Assembly: GCA_964057225.1 (NCBI GenBank)
Contig: OZ059894.1
Coordinates: 15,438,001 to 15,502,000 of the forward strand
DNA: 64,000 nt
Source of the DNA: Auanema rhodensis
Lineage: Eukaryota > Animalia > Nematoda
Direction: 5' to 3'
A program made the translations under genes and the position numbers. Positions 14,201 to 27,507 of this stretch are shown here, one piece after another. Each line of letters begins with the position of its first letter. The first letter of the stretch is position 1. The notes beneath the pieces were generated by a model, which had not been told where the DNA came from, searched no databases, and was given only the letters and a program-made list of their open reading frames with translations.

Positions 14201-17200
14201 ATTTGCTTCATGGTGCAATTATATTTTATTCACGTTCGAAGTTTTACGTGTATTTTCACGTGGAATATAAAAAGCATTTTAAGCGTGTATTCTATTGTGA
14301 ACGGTTGAACTACTCCATTTCTCACACCTACTTACCCATGCAACATATACATTCTTTATCTTTTTTTTTAAAGTTCGATTCAAACAAAAAAAAAAGGTAG
14401 AATTGTCGTCTGCAAAAGGCTAAAATGAACTTATGCTATTCTACTTCTGCTACATTGTCATGTCAACTGGGTTTGAACAATTTGAAGCTTCAAGTTTGCT
14501 CACTAGGTATGGTCGCATGCGGTCTCCAATTACTCACATGCATGCATGTGTATGTATATATAGATTGTCGGAAAAAAAATTAGAACTATGACAGGAAGAA
14601 TGAGGGCTACCACACATATGTTGTTATGAATTTTTCTATGCTGTTGACAAAATAGCTTGCCGGCTGACTCAGGGAATGTCTTTCAGCTTGTCTCATGCCA
14701 TTTGGTCTTCCAAAATACCAGCGGATATCTTCAGAAAATGCTGTGAAAAACAACAAAAAAGAAGACGTTGGTGCTACAATATATAACGAAATTGGAGATG
14801 ATGAAGCTCCAACAACTTCGAAGAAAAAACGAAAATGAATAAAGACCGTCAGTCAAACAGAATTCGTAGGCATCAGACTGAATCCAATATGAAGAATGGC
14901 TGTAGTGAGGGACTAGCAGATGCCAATTTCCTTTATACCATATATGATATTTGATATGAGAGAGGCTTCCGTTTTACAGGTTGTTCTGATCCAGAGAGCA
15001 TAACGAAATGGAAATCCTCCACAGAATTAGAATATGTGTGAGAGATTGGGCATCAAATCATTCCTATATCCAGATAGAAGTTCTTTGAAGCTGATGATGT
15101 AAAAGCTGTCAAATCGTGTTTTGTTTTGATCTACTGAACGTACTGAAAAAGAACTTATGATGTCCCGCCTCTTTTCATCATCAAGCGCTAAGCTTCAAGT
15201 ATCTTCAAATGGAAAAGCTAAACGAGCTTCAAACAATGATTGATTTGAAAACGACATTGAAATAAAGTAAAAAACTACTTCGAGACTCTGCTCATAAAAG
15301 GAAGGCAAAGACAATCGAGATGCCAAGCATTGTTGTTTCTTGAAGAGACAACGTCTTGAAAAAAGGATTCACAACATCGGCGAATCTGAAGAAGAGTAAA
15401 CTTCAACTATTACACTTGAAACGATGTGATGATGCATCATTCAAAGCGCTTGGATCTAACTGATAATCTGTAGATGAGTGCGATGAGTTGAATCAATGGT
15501 GTGACGCGTAATTAAAAGATGACGAGAATCCGGCACAAAATAATAATTAATTCTCAAAAGCAACGTCACGTTTCAAGTTGAAAAGGCGGAAAAAAATAAA
15601 ATAAACTGATATGCGTATGTATATTAGAGAGTGAAGTAAAAGAGAAATAATTGATATTCAAGTTCAAAAGCAAAAACAAAAAAATCACTGCAATAAGAAA
15701 GAAAATGAACTGGGAAGTTGAGGTCTCCATTCTCCTTCTCCTTCTCCTCCTCCTCATCTGAAGTTCTTGTGCTCTCAATGTTATGGACACATAAGCTACA
15801 TACTTTGAATAATGACGGACTTCTACGTGTTTGCTGTTCTAAATCTCACACGATCGGTCAGACCACGAGAATGGCCTTCTGGATCTCAACGCACATCAGA
15901 CCAACTATTTACGCTGTTATTGGAAATGATTATGATGCAGATGATGAAGACGTTCATCACGACAGAGAACAGGGCGAAGACGGAGAAGAAGATGTGGATG
16001 ATGTGATGCAACAGGCTGGCCGACAAGGTTGACCTTACGTAGTCATTGCGAAATTCTTTTCGAAGATATTGCGCATAGGGCGCGAGATCTTTTGAATTTC
16101 TGGCCTGGGTTGTCCTCATCTGCCTCTTCAGCCTTACAATGATCGTCATAGCCGTTCTCGTTTTCTCTCCCACTCTCTCACTTGCTGCCATCCATGAACC
16201 CATTGAGCTTTCGGCAGTTACGTCGTGTCCTCATCCACACTCTTAGCATGTCTCATGCCTCTCCAGGTAGTTCACTCATTCTCACACTCTCGTGAATGAT
16301 TATACTGTACAACAAGACACAACGTAGGTGTTCTTAGCACCTGGGGTCCTGTTGAGGTCAAAATGACGTGACAGTGAGACAAAAGACATAAATAGAAAAG
16401 TGATGTAGAGAAGAAGCCATGAAGTGGACACCATGAGTCGAACAGTCGCAAAGAAAAGTGATGAAATAAGAAGAATTGAAGACCATAAACCTGAAATTAT
16501 GAAGTAGAAATAAAAGTACAAAAGGCTTTAAATCAGAAGAAGAAAGAAACGGATATGAAAATGAAAAAGATATTCATATATTTTTGCATTAACAATATAT
16601 GATATAAGATTAGCTCCAATGGAAAGATTAAAAATGGAATCATCAGTTTACTCTGACCAGTTTTCTTGTTTCTGAACAGCTTATAACACAGAATAGTGTT
16701 ATGGTATATCTCAAAGTTTGAAAGCACAACTTCCATCGAACAGTGAAAATAGTCAGACTGAGAGCAAGTTGCCAATGAAAGAAATGAAGACAAGAAAAGG
16801 AGGGGTGGAGAATGTATGATGTTGAGTTCTTAGCAATTATTTTGTTTTTCTTGTCCACTTTTTCATAATTAAAAGCTTCAAAGTGTCTATATACTAGATT
16901 ATGGTGATTGGGAACAAGTTGAAAAATAGGATTACAAGACTTCTATTTAAAAAAAGTCAATAAAAAACTATTTGAACGCTCTTAATATGCATCTGCATCT
17001 AAAATTTATATTTCTAATTATTAAAAATTCAAAAAAAGTGTTTATTTAAAGATAAAATTTATATTTTTATGATTAGTTATTTAATATTTATCTAAACATG
17101 TAGAATATATTGATAACTACATCACTTTTATATATTTTTAATAGATATATATAGATATATCTAATCTATTTCTATATTATGAACTCGAAGGTTCAAGAAA

Positions 17201-20200
17201 TTTTAATAAAAAAAAGAAAAAAAAAGGAATTTTACAACAATATTAAAATATTATCTGTTATATCGTCATTATTAGCATCATCATATACATTTCTATTCTT
17301 TTTTTTGGATTTTAATGTCCTTTTAATCCGAATACTATCATTCTTACCAGCAGTTTATCCATTTCTCCATTTCATTTCAATCAAATTCATTCAGTCTCTA
17401 TCTCTCTCTTTAGCTTTTCCTTAATACTTTTCTCAACTTCTTTTCCATTTTTATCTCGATCTTCTTTCTCTTTCATTCATTCATTTACATCATCAAGTGT
17501 TTCATCAAAGCTTCAAAATCCTTATCTATATCATATCATATGCTACCAGAAATATGGTTTTATTTAGAAACAAAAAAAAATTAATTTGAAAGAAAATGAG
17601 ACTAAACTCTTGTCAGTTCAGTAAATAGCTTCAATGTTCAAATTACTAACGACACAAATGTAATAACAACTATTGAAAAAAAGAAAAGAAGTCAATGAGT
17701 TTGTGTTCCATGAACTGACTTCAACTGTGAGTTTAAATGTCGACGTGGCTTTAATGGAATGTCTTCAAGGTCTAAATATAGATTTATGAGTAGACGTAAC
17801 AGACAGCAGACAAAGTCGAACACAACGGAAACCAGTAGTGAGTTCCGAACTATAATCTATTTCCAATGTACATATCTATGCCACCGAATTATAAGAAGAA
17901 CACCATCAGCTCTACACGCCTTGCAATAACAGGAATCACCTGTTTCAAGAAAGAGAGAGAGAGAGGGAGAGAGAGAACTGTGAAGGTTGCAAACTTCATA
18001 TTGGCTAGCACAGCGTTTTGCTCAATTAACAGCACGCAAAAGCGAAGGTTTTGCTAGGAGATGAAGTGTATTTCTGCAGCTTTTTCGACTTCTGAAGCTT
18101 GTGATAATCAGCTCAAATTGAAATTTCTGTGGGGATGGGATTTGATTTAATCTAAAGCGTAAATCTGCGACTAGGGAGATAACAACTTGTAAGTGTTACG
18201 TATCAATCGTTTCTCCAGGATGTACGAGAGTTCAAAATCTTCAAAAAGGGGGAGAGATATAGAATTGAAGTATGAAACGTCATGATCGTTGGTTGTCTAG
18301 TAAGTCAGTCACGCAGAAATAGCCTATGGCATATTAGCATTTACACCGTTTCAATGTGAACTCCTTCTAAAGTGTAGAAGAAGAAGAAAATGTGAGACAG
18401 AGAGTGATATAGAGAGAAATATAGAAAGACGTGAAGAATGAGATTAATAAGGAGAATGAAATGAGAAGTGTAAGTTAGTTCAAAAGGTCCTGAGGAGGAC
18501 GTTAGACTGAGCAGTGCTCTTTCCAAAAGCACTAGTTGCACGTTTTTCCTTCTCATATCCGCTTTGTCACAACATACCCCCACCTTGAAATTCAAATTCA
18601 AGCTCATAATCTTTGGCAAAAAGTGCAGATTTGTTTAAATGTTATTACAAACTATTTCATCTGCTCTTAGCCTTATTTGAATAAAAAAAGTGTGAAACGA
18701 ATATGTAGAAGATATTGCGAGGTTAAGCAATTCAATGAATTTATTCAACTAAAATGTTGTAATTCACACTTTAAAATCAAGTTTCGCGAAATTGTCAATG
18801 ATGAAATCATAAATTAACTTAAGGTCTATTCTATTTAGAAAATTTCATTAAAAATCCGACGAACTGAAAATAGCCTATGCATAGATATATGTGAGCATGT
18901 CATTTTGTGACTTCGTCGTTACTAAAAATGGAACTTAAAAGCTTATAATTAATCGAAATCGAAGAGTGCATGAGACATATATAGAATAATTAGACAGCAT
19001 TTTTTCTATTTCTGACCTGGAAGCATATTATACACACAGATATTGTATATAACATCCTACACACATGTGTCAGATGAATTCCAAACAAGGAAGAACTTTA
19101 TTGGTCTGTCGTAATCAGAAGCAATGAATGGTTTTTGTAAATACATTCAATGTTTTGACAGCAGAAAAATGAATTATTAGTTTCTGACTTAAAACAGAAA
19201 TAGTGGACGATGGAGATGTCGACCAAAAAATTGGTAGAATGACAGATATCTTCACTTCTGATATGTATACTCTCCTTAAAAGCTATCAAAAATGGGCGGA
19301 GTTACCGTAATCTATTGGATATTATAAAATACTAAAAGATAAATATATATTCGGACACATGTAGTTATTATTACAAATTTTCATATTAAATTGTTTAAAT
19401 TTCATTGAAATGAACTGTGATGTAACAGGAAATTTATGAAAATATGGTTAAAGTACAACATAGTGGAGGTAATGCTGATACTCATCCTGTTACGGCAATA
19501 ACCCAATTTTTGAAAGATCAGAAATGGTTCTAAAGCGATCAGTAAATTATAAAACCTAATTACGACCGATAAGGTATGCGTGAGTGTGTGTATACGTGTG
19601 TGTCTGTGTGTGTGTGTCTGAGTGATTGAGCGTTAAATGAAAGCAAAAATAATAGGAAATATGACTACATCAAGGACAGAAGTAGGAGACCTTTCATGAT
19701 ATTGACGTTATAATGTTAGAGATTGCCTTTTGAATTGTTAGGTTATCACATTTGGAAAAGGTTTAACTCAATTCAATATGCTTGCTATTACCTCATCCAG
19801 ACACCAACTTCGTGAACCTTGATATGCAAAGGCTAAACCCGATTACGGATGAACAAAATAACTCCAATGACTTTTTACGAATCATCGACTGCTTCAGAAA
19901 ATAAATTTATAATTTTAATTTGCATAGTTATATGGATTTGTATAAATATAGATATTAACTTTGGTTTTTAACTACTTACAGCTAGTAGACTCTGAGATAT
20001 AGAGCTGAAGCTAAAGCATGTCTGTGAGCATAACGAACAGAAATAGCACGAATACGCAGGTTTTATTGTTTAGTTCTTCTTACTAGCCAGACGTATCTCA
20101 TAAACTTGATGATTATTGTTGTTCCGGTCCTAGATGGTCTTACGACCTAGTGTGTTACTCTTCATCAAGCATGTTGATACCAAGTCGGAAGGTTCAGCCA

Positions 20201-23200
20201 CTTAGTGGAGCTCCCACTGCGATGTACGTAACAAGTGGAGAAAGAACTCTTACCTTTTCAATGAATATAGCCTCTTAATGATTCTATTTTCTAATTCTAT
20301 CTCAATCGAATGCATCATCAACTTCATCTCCACGTTATCGAGACATTGCGTCATCGTTTCTTCAATCACGTGGCGAAGATGATCAGAACTAGCATCTATC
20401 TTTAAACCTTCTTACCAACTTCTCTCTTCTATTTCCACTCTGGATAGCCTTTCAAATTCATCATCTGCATCTCTATCTCTCTTTCTCTTAGTAGCATTCA
20501 TATTCCATCTGCATGTTTCTTCGTCAACATTCCAGATGACTATTCTGTCGATGACGCTACTCAAAGAGACACAAATTGCGTTTATCCACGTGGTTATTGT
20601 GATCCGTTTAAGGGCAAAGAAGTATAAATGAGTGTTGAGATGAAAGTACGAGAATGCTAGAGAAAGAAGTCAAGCAAGTATATAAGATAGAGAAAATCGA
20701 AGAAGAGCTAAGAGAGAGAAAAGAGATAGAGAGAGAGAGAGGGTACGAGAAAGAGTAATATAACGGAAAAAGAAAAAAAAGTGAAAATATTAGAATAAAG
20801 CAAAGATATAAATAACATGACCGTTTAATGTGTCTGCTCGATCTAAAATAATCTCCTCTCTTAGAATGATGACGTGAAAGTTCACGTAAAACTTGGAAGA
20901 AACCTCTTTTTACAAACGAGAAATAAAGACATTATAGATTAAAGACAAAAAAAAAGAAAGAAAATTAAAAATTTACTGAAAACATAAAACGTAATGTTCA
21001 TGCTTCAAAGATAAATTTTGAATTGTTTAAATGGACATAGGGGGCAAAGTACGAATGTGTCAAATATGCTAGAAGCATATTATGTGTTCATAACTTATAA
21101 CTTTTAAGATTATATGTTGTGAATTGCATCATTTTATAGTTTATAATATTAAAATTCATATAGATAACTTCATAAGGTGTTTTTTTTTGATTTTTATAAA
21201 GTAACCTGACTTCTGTTTGGGGTGTTGATCAGCATTGTTCTTAGATATTTAACTATTTGTATTTTTACAAATTATAAAATTTATTTATAAGAACTATACA
21301 TATAGTTATCTAATATTAATTTTAAAATATATCTTAAAGAACAAAACATTTTATAATTTTAAAAAATGTTAGAGAAGAGCTCTTTGCATATCTTCTTCAA
21401 AATCTTTGTCTACTACTCTCGGTCATCGTTATCATATTCATTATTTTTCTATTTTTAAAAGCTTTTTGTTTGAGTTTCACTACGCAACGAAAAGAGAATA
21501 AATTAATTTTTCTAATTTAGGAAGGAATTATATTGCTTATCCCTTTTATTTTCCTTTGTTTCAATGACTAACGGGGGGGGGACTTCCTTCCCTCTCTCTT
21601 TTTTTCGTTCACTTTCATTATTTTCTATCTCTCTCAATCTTTTACTCTCTTTATTATTATTATTAATATTGTCTATCTCTCTTTCTCTTTCTCTTTATCT
21701 TCAATTTTGAATGACTATTTTCTTTTTTTTCTCAAAAAATCTTCTTGAAAAAATGTAAATCTCCTTTTCTTTTAATAATCTCAATGAATAATAATTAAGT
21801 AAGTGTATTTCATCTTCAGTAATATTGAAGTTATAACTTCAAATTTTGGTATAAATTTCCAAAAAAAGCAATATATAGGCTTATATAAATGCTAATATCC
21901 ATACAAATTATATCATTTCAGGTGAGAGAGAAATTTAGTCGGATTGACCAGATAAAAAGTAGAAAAAGACAAAACAACATGGATTAATTTAATCAGTTTA
22001 TATCAACTTTAGCTCAAACTACCCAGAAAACAAGAAAAATAAAAGAAATTGAATAATAATAAAATAACATGAAAAAAAGAAAAATGACGACAGTTATGCT
22101 AAACCAAATGGCATAGTTAAGTGAATCAGTTATGTTAGCTTTTCAGGGAGATACAAAGGATAGAACCTTTTGTTAGGAAGATTTGAAAATAGGAGGAATT
22201 GCGTAACAGGAAACATTGAGATGGATATCGTTTTCATGATATTTTCTCATTTATTAAACTGTTTCACAAAACGGTTAATAGATAGAGTTTTTTCAAATCT
22301 ATTTAATTCAAAATTCTGGTAATAATTGAATATTATGAGAAAAGTATAAAAAAAAGTTTTTCCATTGGTAGAGAAACACGATTATGTGAGGGCAAGTAAA
22401 CTAAAAAAATACATTTCGGAGTACTACTGAACTCTCAGAATCGAGACCATGTAATTACTCTGCCAAAATATCTGAGTTGATGTGAACAACAGCAGTGTCA
22501 AGACGTCGTTGATTTGATATCCAGACGTGACAGCGATACACGAATCGTCGTGTAGTAGCCCAGAGAGCACAAATCCAGCTCACCCAGCTGTATGCTTGCT
22601 TAGACTCAAACTGTCGTGGCTTTCGTATTTACTTTTGAGGGCAGGACCGGAAGATGAGACTCTGGTGACCTGGGTGACCTTCGGATTAAGCCTATGATTA
22701 CTAGTTTGGGCTGATGAGGATGATGAGACAAAAGAATCTGCCTAAGATAGAGAGTAGAGAAGAAAAAAGAGCTCAGGTGAGCAAATGGTCTACCCACTGA
22801 GCAATTTGGGGTCAGAGCATCGTGCAGCTTGAGTGTGGTAAAATAAAAGAAAAAATTGGTAGGTTAGATAGATTGAGCCTAGTAGACATATTAATTAAGT
22901 TCAAATTAAATAATATGTCTTCGTTTACAATTGAGACTGTGTATGGATGGGTCACATTAGTTTTAAACTCAAAAGGCTTTAACCGATCCTCCAAAACTGA
23001 TAGATAATTCTAGGTTTACTATATAATGAAAGAAACAAAAAAAAAGAAAAAAAGAACTATAGTAGAAATGATGTGAAAGAAGATGTCTTAAATCTCTTCT
23101 CTATAATGAATTACTATCACATGAGAATGAGATATGTTCAAGAGGAATAAGCTTTGTTGCAAAGTATTTCATAAATAGATTTGTGAAATATAATTTGAAA

Positions 23201-26200
23201 AGCATACTACTGGTCATCTATGTTGCGTCATCATGCTGCTACTCAACTGCAACGTAATTGTATGTGTATGAGAAGGCCAAAAGCCATGAATGACTAACAT
23301 TTGCATACATACCGGACATTGAGGACCTCCTAATATGATGTAAGCTGATGATGATCAGCATTGAAAATAATGTAAAAACGATGATGAAGCATTTCTCAAC
23401 GGCTCTTTATCTTTTTCGCTTAAACGTTTCCGGAATTTCTTACTACTTCATTCACTTTAATATCCGTCTGACGACTTGATCTCAATGAAACGAGTACAAA
23501 ATCCTCAGTGTATCCTAAACCAAATGACATCATTCAGCTCTTTCTTTGAGATATATTTCAATCAGAAATGAAATGAATGATTATAAAGATTGTTGCATAT
23601 AAAGCAACTATCTTATTATATCAATAGCCTTAATGGTATTGTGTGAATCTGCTGTTGAATCTGTTCTGAATCTCTCTCATCTTTTTTCATTTTGATCTTT
23701 TAACTGTAAATTCTCTTAACAGATAGTTTTACATCTTTTATACAATCAAAGCAAATCCCATGTCATTTTGTATCGATGATAATCCGTATCAGCTGACGAC
23801 AAAGAAGTATTTCCTCTTTATCTTTTTTTCTTGACATAGATAATAACCAAAAGTATTTCATCAAATCGTTGATATTTTAAATCATTTGAACATATAATTC
23901 GAATTGAATTATGGTGATGATGAGTTGAAATGAATTATATGAGTTGCATATGAATTCTATTTAACTAATTATACTATATATAGCTTTGAAAACTAAATAA
24001 ATTGTACTGAGAATGTATAATATACATATTCTTTTTAATATTTTCCAGATGTTTTTTTTTTTCATTTGAAACATTTTAAAGAATAGAAGTTACGTAACAA
24101 TACTTTTTTTTAATATTATTTTTTGTTCTTAAGATAAGGGAACATACATGTTTCTCAGCTCTTTAGCTTTTGCAAGTTTTTAAACTTTAAAATTGACCAA
24201 CGGAAATAGAACATCGAGGGGAACGGAGGTAATTGACATGAAAAAGATCAGTTGATGAAACGGTGTGGTCAAATTATTTGACATGAGAAGCTGAGAAAAA
24301 CGAACGTGTTAGGGGACTGCCCAGCACAAAAAAGAAAAGAAAACAGATTTTTGTCTCATGTTGTCAAGTAATATGTGCATTCGGAACAACTGTTGTTTCT
24401 TCAATTTTGAGTAAGAAAAAAAAATTGAAAATCTAGTAAGGTTAGGCAAAGGGAAATATGATATTAAGATAAATATATTTGAAAAAAAAAACAAAAAATA
24501 ATAATATCTAAATATAAAATATTCTGAAAATAAACTAAATTCTGACAAATCTTCTTCTTTTGCAAGATTTTTAAACTACTTGTTTCATAAAGATTATTTT
24601 TAAAAGTTTAGTTCATTGATCAAAACGTAGTAAATTCAGAAATATTCAAAAAAAAAAAACTTTTTCAGCCAATGAACAGAGAATATGAAGTTATTTTATG
24701 TTTTTTATTTTCAGAGATTGAAAGATTGTTTGGATGAATTCGATTTTTTGCATAAATGGAAAGGACGGTCCATTAAAGATCTGCAACGTCATCTGCGTGC
24801 TATTTGGGATGTGGTAAGTAGTAAGATAAAGCTTTACAAGACATTCTATTAAAAACTTGTGTGATGGAAAAGCTAAAAAAAAGTCAAAAATATAGAAGAG
24901 AAAACAGGGAAAAAGAATTCTTGATCAAATATATTTCTAATATATGTATTTCTAATTTTCATATATTGTACTGAAAAGTATTAGGAATTATAGAAACTAA
25001 CTATGTTTTCATTTGATATAAGTTTCTTTCAAAAAAAAAGAGAAAAAGAAAAAAAAACCTTTCTTTCTAACTCCATATATAATAAATGAAATAAGAATAA
25101 TATACATAAAGTATGTGTGTTATGCAAAAATTGTTCATTAACCTAAGCAGAAGAAGACAAAAAACTGCAAAGAATAAGCAGTTTATATATGCAATTTTGT
25201 GAGAAAAAAAGGAAAAGAAGAAGAAGAAGAAGAAGAGTAATCAAAATAAGTAAAGTACTTGTAAATGAATAGATCTTAATTCAGATGTTTTTTTTTTTTT
25301 TTAAATTGAATTCTCCATTTACGTCAAGTATAAGTGACATTTGCATATCATTTTAATTTGATTTACAGTAATCATCGGTTGTATATCAGAAATTTTTTTT
25401 TTTTTTAAACAAAAAACTTTCTCTTAACTATATACATATAGTTTTAATTTTTTATTTTATTTAGGTGGATTTGCATCTTTTATCAGAAAATGATGATCAT
25501 ATCAAAGGATTTGAACTACTAATGGTACTTGAAGCTAAAAAGGTTTATGATCAAAAGATGAAAGGACGTAAAGGATTGTCATGGTTTGATTGTGATAGTC
25601 CTGCAACTATTATGCATTCACTGGAAGAGAATCAACCACTAACCGAGGTAAATCATTCATATAATTTAGAAAAAAGCCTATATTTGAACAAGAAAAAGAA
25701 TAAATATAAGTTGATAATGCTGTATGCAAATGCTACAACTAGAAATGCCATTTATAAACCATTGCGCAAATTCATAATCAGTTTACTATATCTGAATTAT
25801 GGTTTCGTTTTAGTGTAATTTTGATAATTTGTGCTTAAATCTAAAAATATAAAAAAGTATCAAATCAAAAAGCAATACGCGATAATGATTTGAATGAAAG
25901 TTGCGTCATCAATAGCACACAAAATTAAAAATAAATTATTTCATTTTAGCTTATTAGCTTTGAAAAGAAGCAATGTTGTCTTGATTCAATGTCTAATTAA
26001 GTTTATCATAACTTGTAATTGATAAAGCAAAACATGGCTTATCTGCGATGGTGGTTTGCAAATGTGGATAATCATGTTATTTCTTCAAAATTTCAAAGCT
26101 TATTTAGTTAATAAATTCAAAAATAGCGTTTATTGAGAGCATATCAGTAAAGCTCACATGCCCTTCTTCTTTTGTATTGTTGTGTTCTTCAACATTAATC

Positions 26201-27462
26201 TATTTATAAATGCCACCTTCTGATTTTTTATTTTTACCATAATCTCTTACTAGCTTTCCTCTATTTAGCAAATTCACCTATACAAGCTATTTTACATATT
26301 GTTTAGAAGCTACATCTTAAACTAATGAGATTCAGCTTTGCATATAAATACATATAACAGATTTAGATTGTTGTCTAATTTCGGTTTCGCTATCTTTCAG
26401 AGTTTAAGACAATTTACTATAAGTGCTCTTGAAGTTTCCACTTTTGATCAAAAATATTAATCAATTTGTTTGTTGATGTACTTTTTCTTTATATTATTTA
26501 ACTAGAACTATTCGGGATACATATATTTAGTTAAAATTGTCTCTATCTAATCAACTATGAAGTATTATTAGCTCAGACCATGCTTTTAGTATTTCAATCC
26601 AATCTGCAAAAGCGGGTTTTTCAAAATTAACTTCCTCGGCGGAACTTAACACTTTCAAATATTTGACAGTTTAGAAAACAGTGGAATCTTTTAAGCTTCA
26701 AGCCTCCTTATCCTATGCAACAAATTTCAAACATAACACTAGTAGATTTTTGAAAAATGAAGAAGAAGAATGAAAAATTCTTTTATGAAAGTCTTTCTGA
26801 AACATCTCGTAACAAACAAATTCAAATTCATTTTTTCTCAGCCACAGCATAGGGGATTTGAATAAGTTTTTAAACAATTATTCAATATCCTCTTTGAGAA
26901 TCAAAAAAAAAAAAAGAAAATTAACAATAAATATTTCTTTTTTAACTTTTTATCTTGTGTTATAGTTATATAATAATCAAACTATAAGTTGGTACTGAGA
27001 AATACGTAAAAAAGCTTGTTTTTCATAATTCCTTTTAATATCATCTATTAATATTAAAAAGATAAAGTTCTAATTATATTCATAGATCTCTTTTTATTTT
27101 AATTAAAACAAAATTGTGATTGTGATAGATATGAATAAAACAAATCCGATCTTGGTCAGGCTAGTTTTTTTTTGTTTGATTAGTCGAACATAATGCTTTT
27201 CAAGCTGCTCATACATTAAATTAGATGAAACGAAATAAGAAACAGAATATGTGAGGGAAGCTGATGGTTTATTAAATGAGAAACGGAAATAAATATTTTA
27301 GTTTTTTTAAAAATATAAATTATTCATTTTTATAATTTATATATGTACATAAGTATGTATACGTAACTAGCTCTCTCTCCTTTTCTGTATCTCTCTCTCT
27401 CTCTTTCTCCTTTACTTCTATCCCTCTTTCTCAATTACTATATGTAATAAATTACATAGATT

Positions 27463-27507
<45 letters not shown>

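Noticed and set aside
15718-16521. ORFs of 64-105 aa and a signal-peptide-like stretch that could splice in frame to the Ly6-like gene
   Set aside because: Open frames arise from GAT/GAA-rich low complexity, the donor is weak, and splicing would give two signal peptides.
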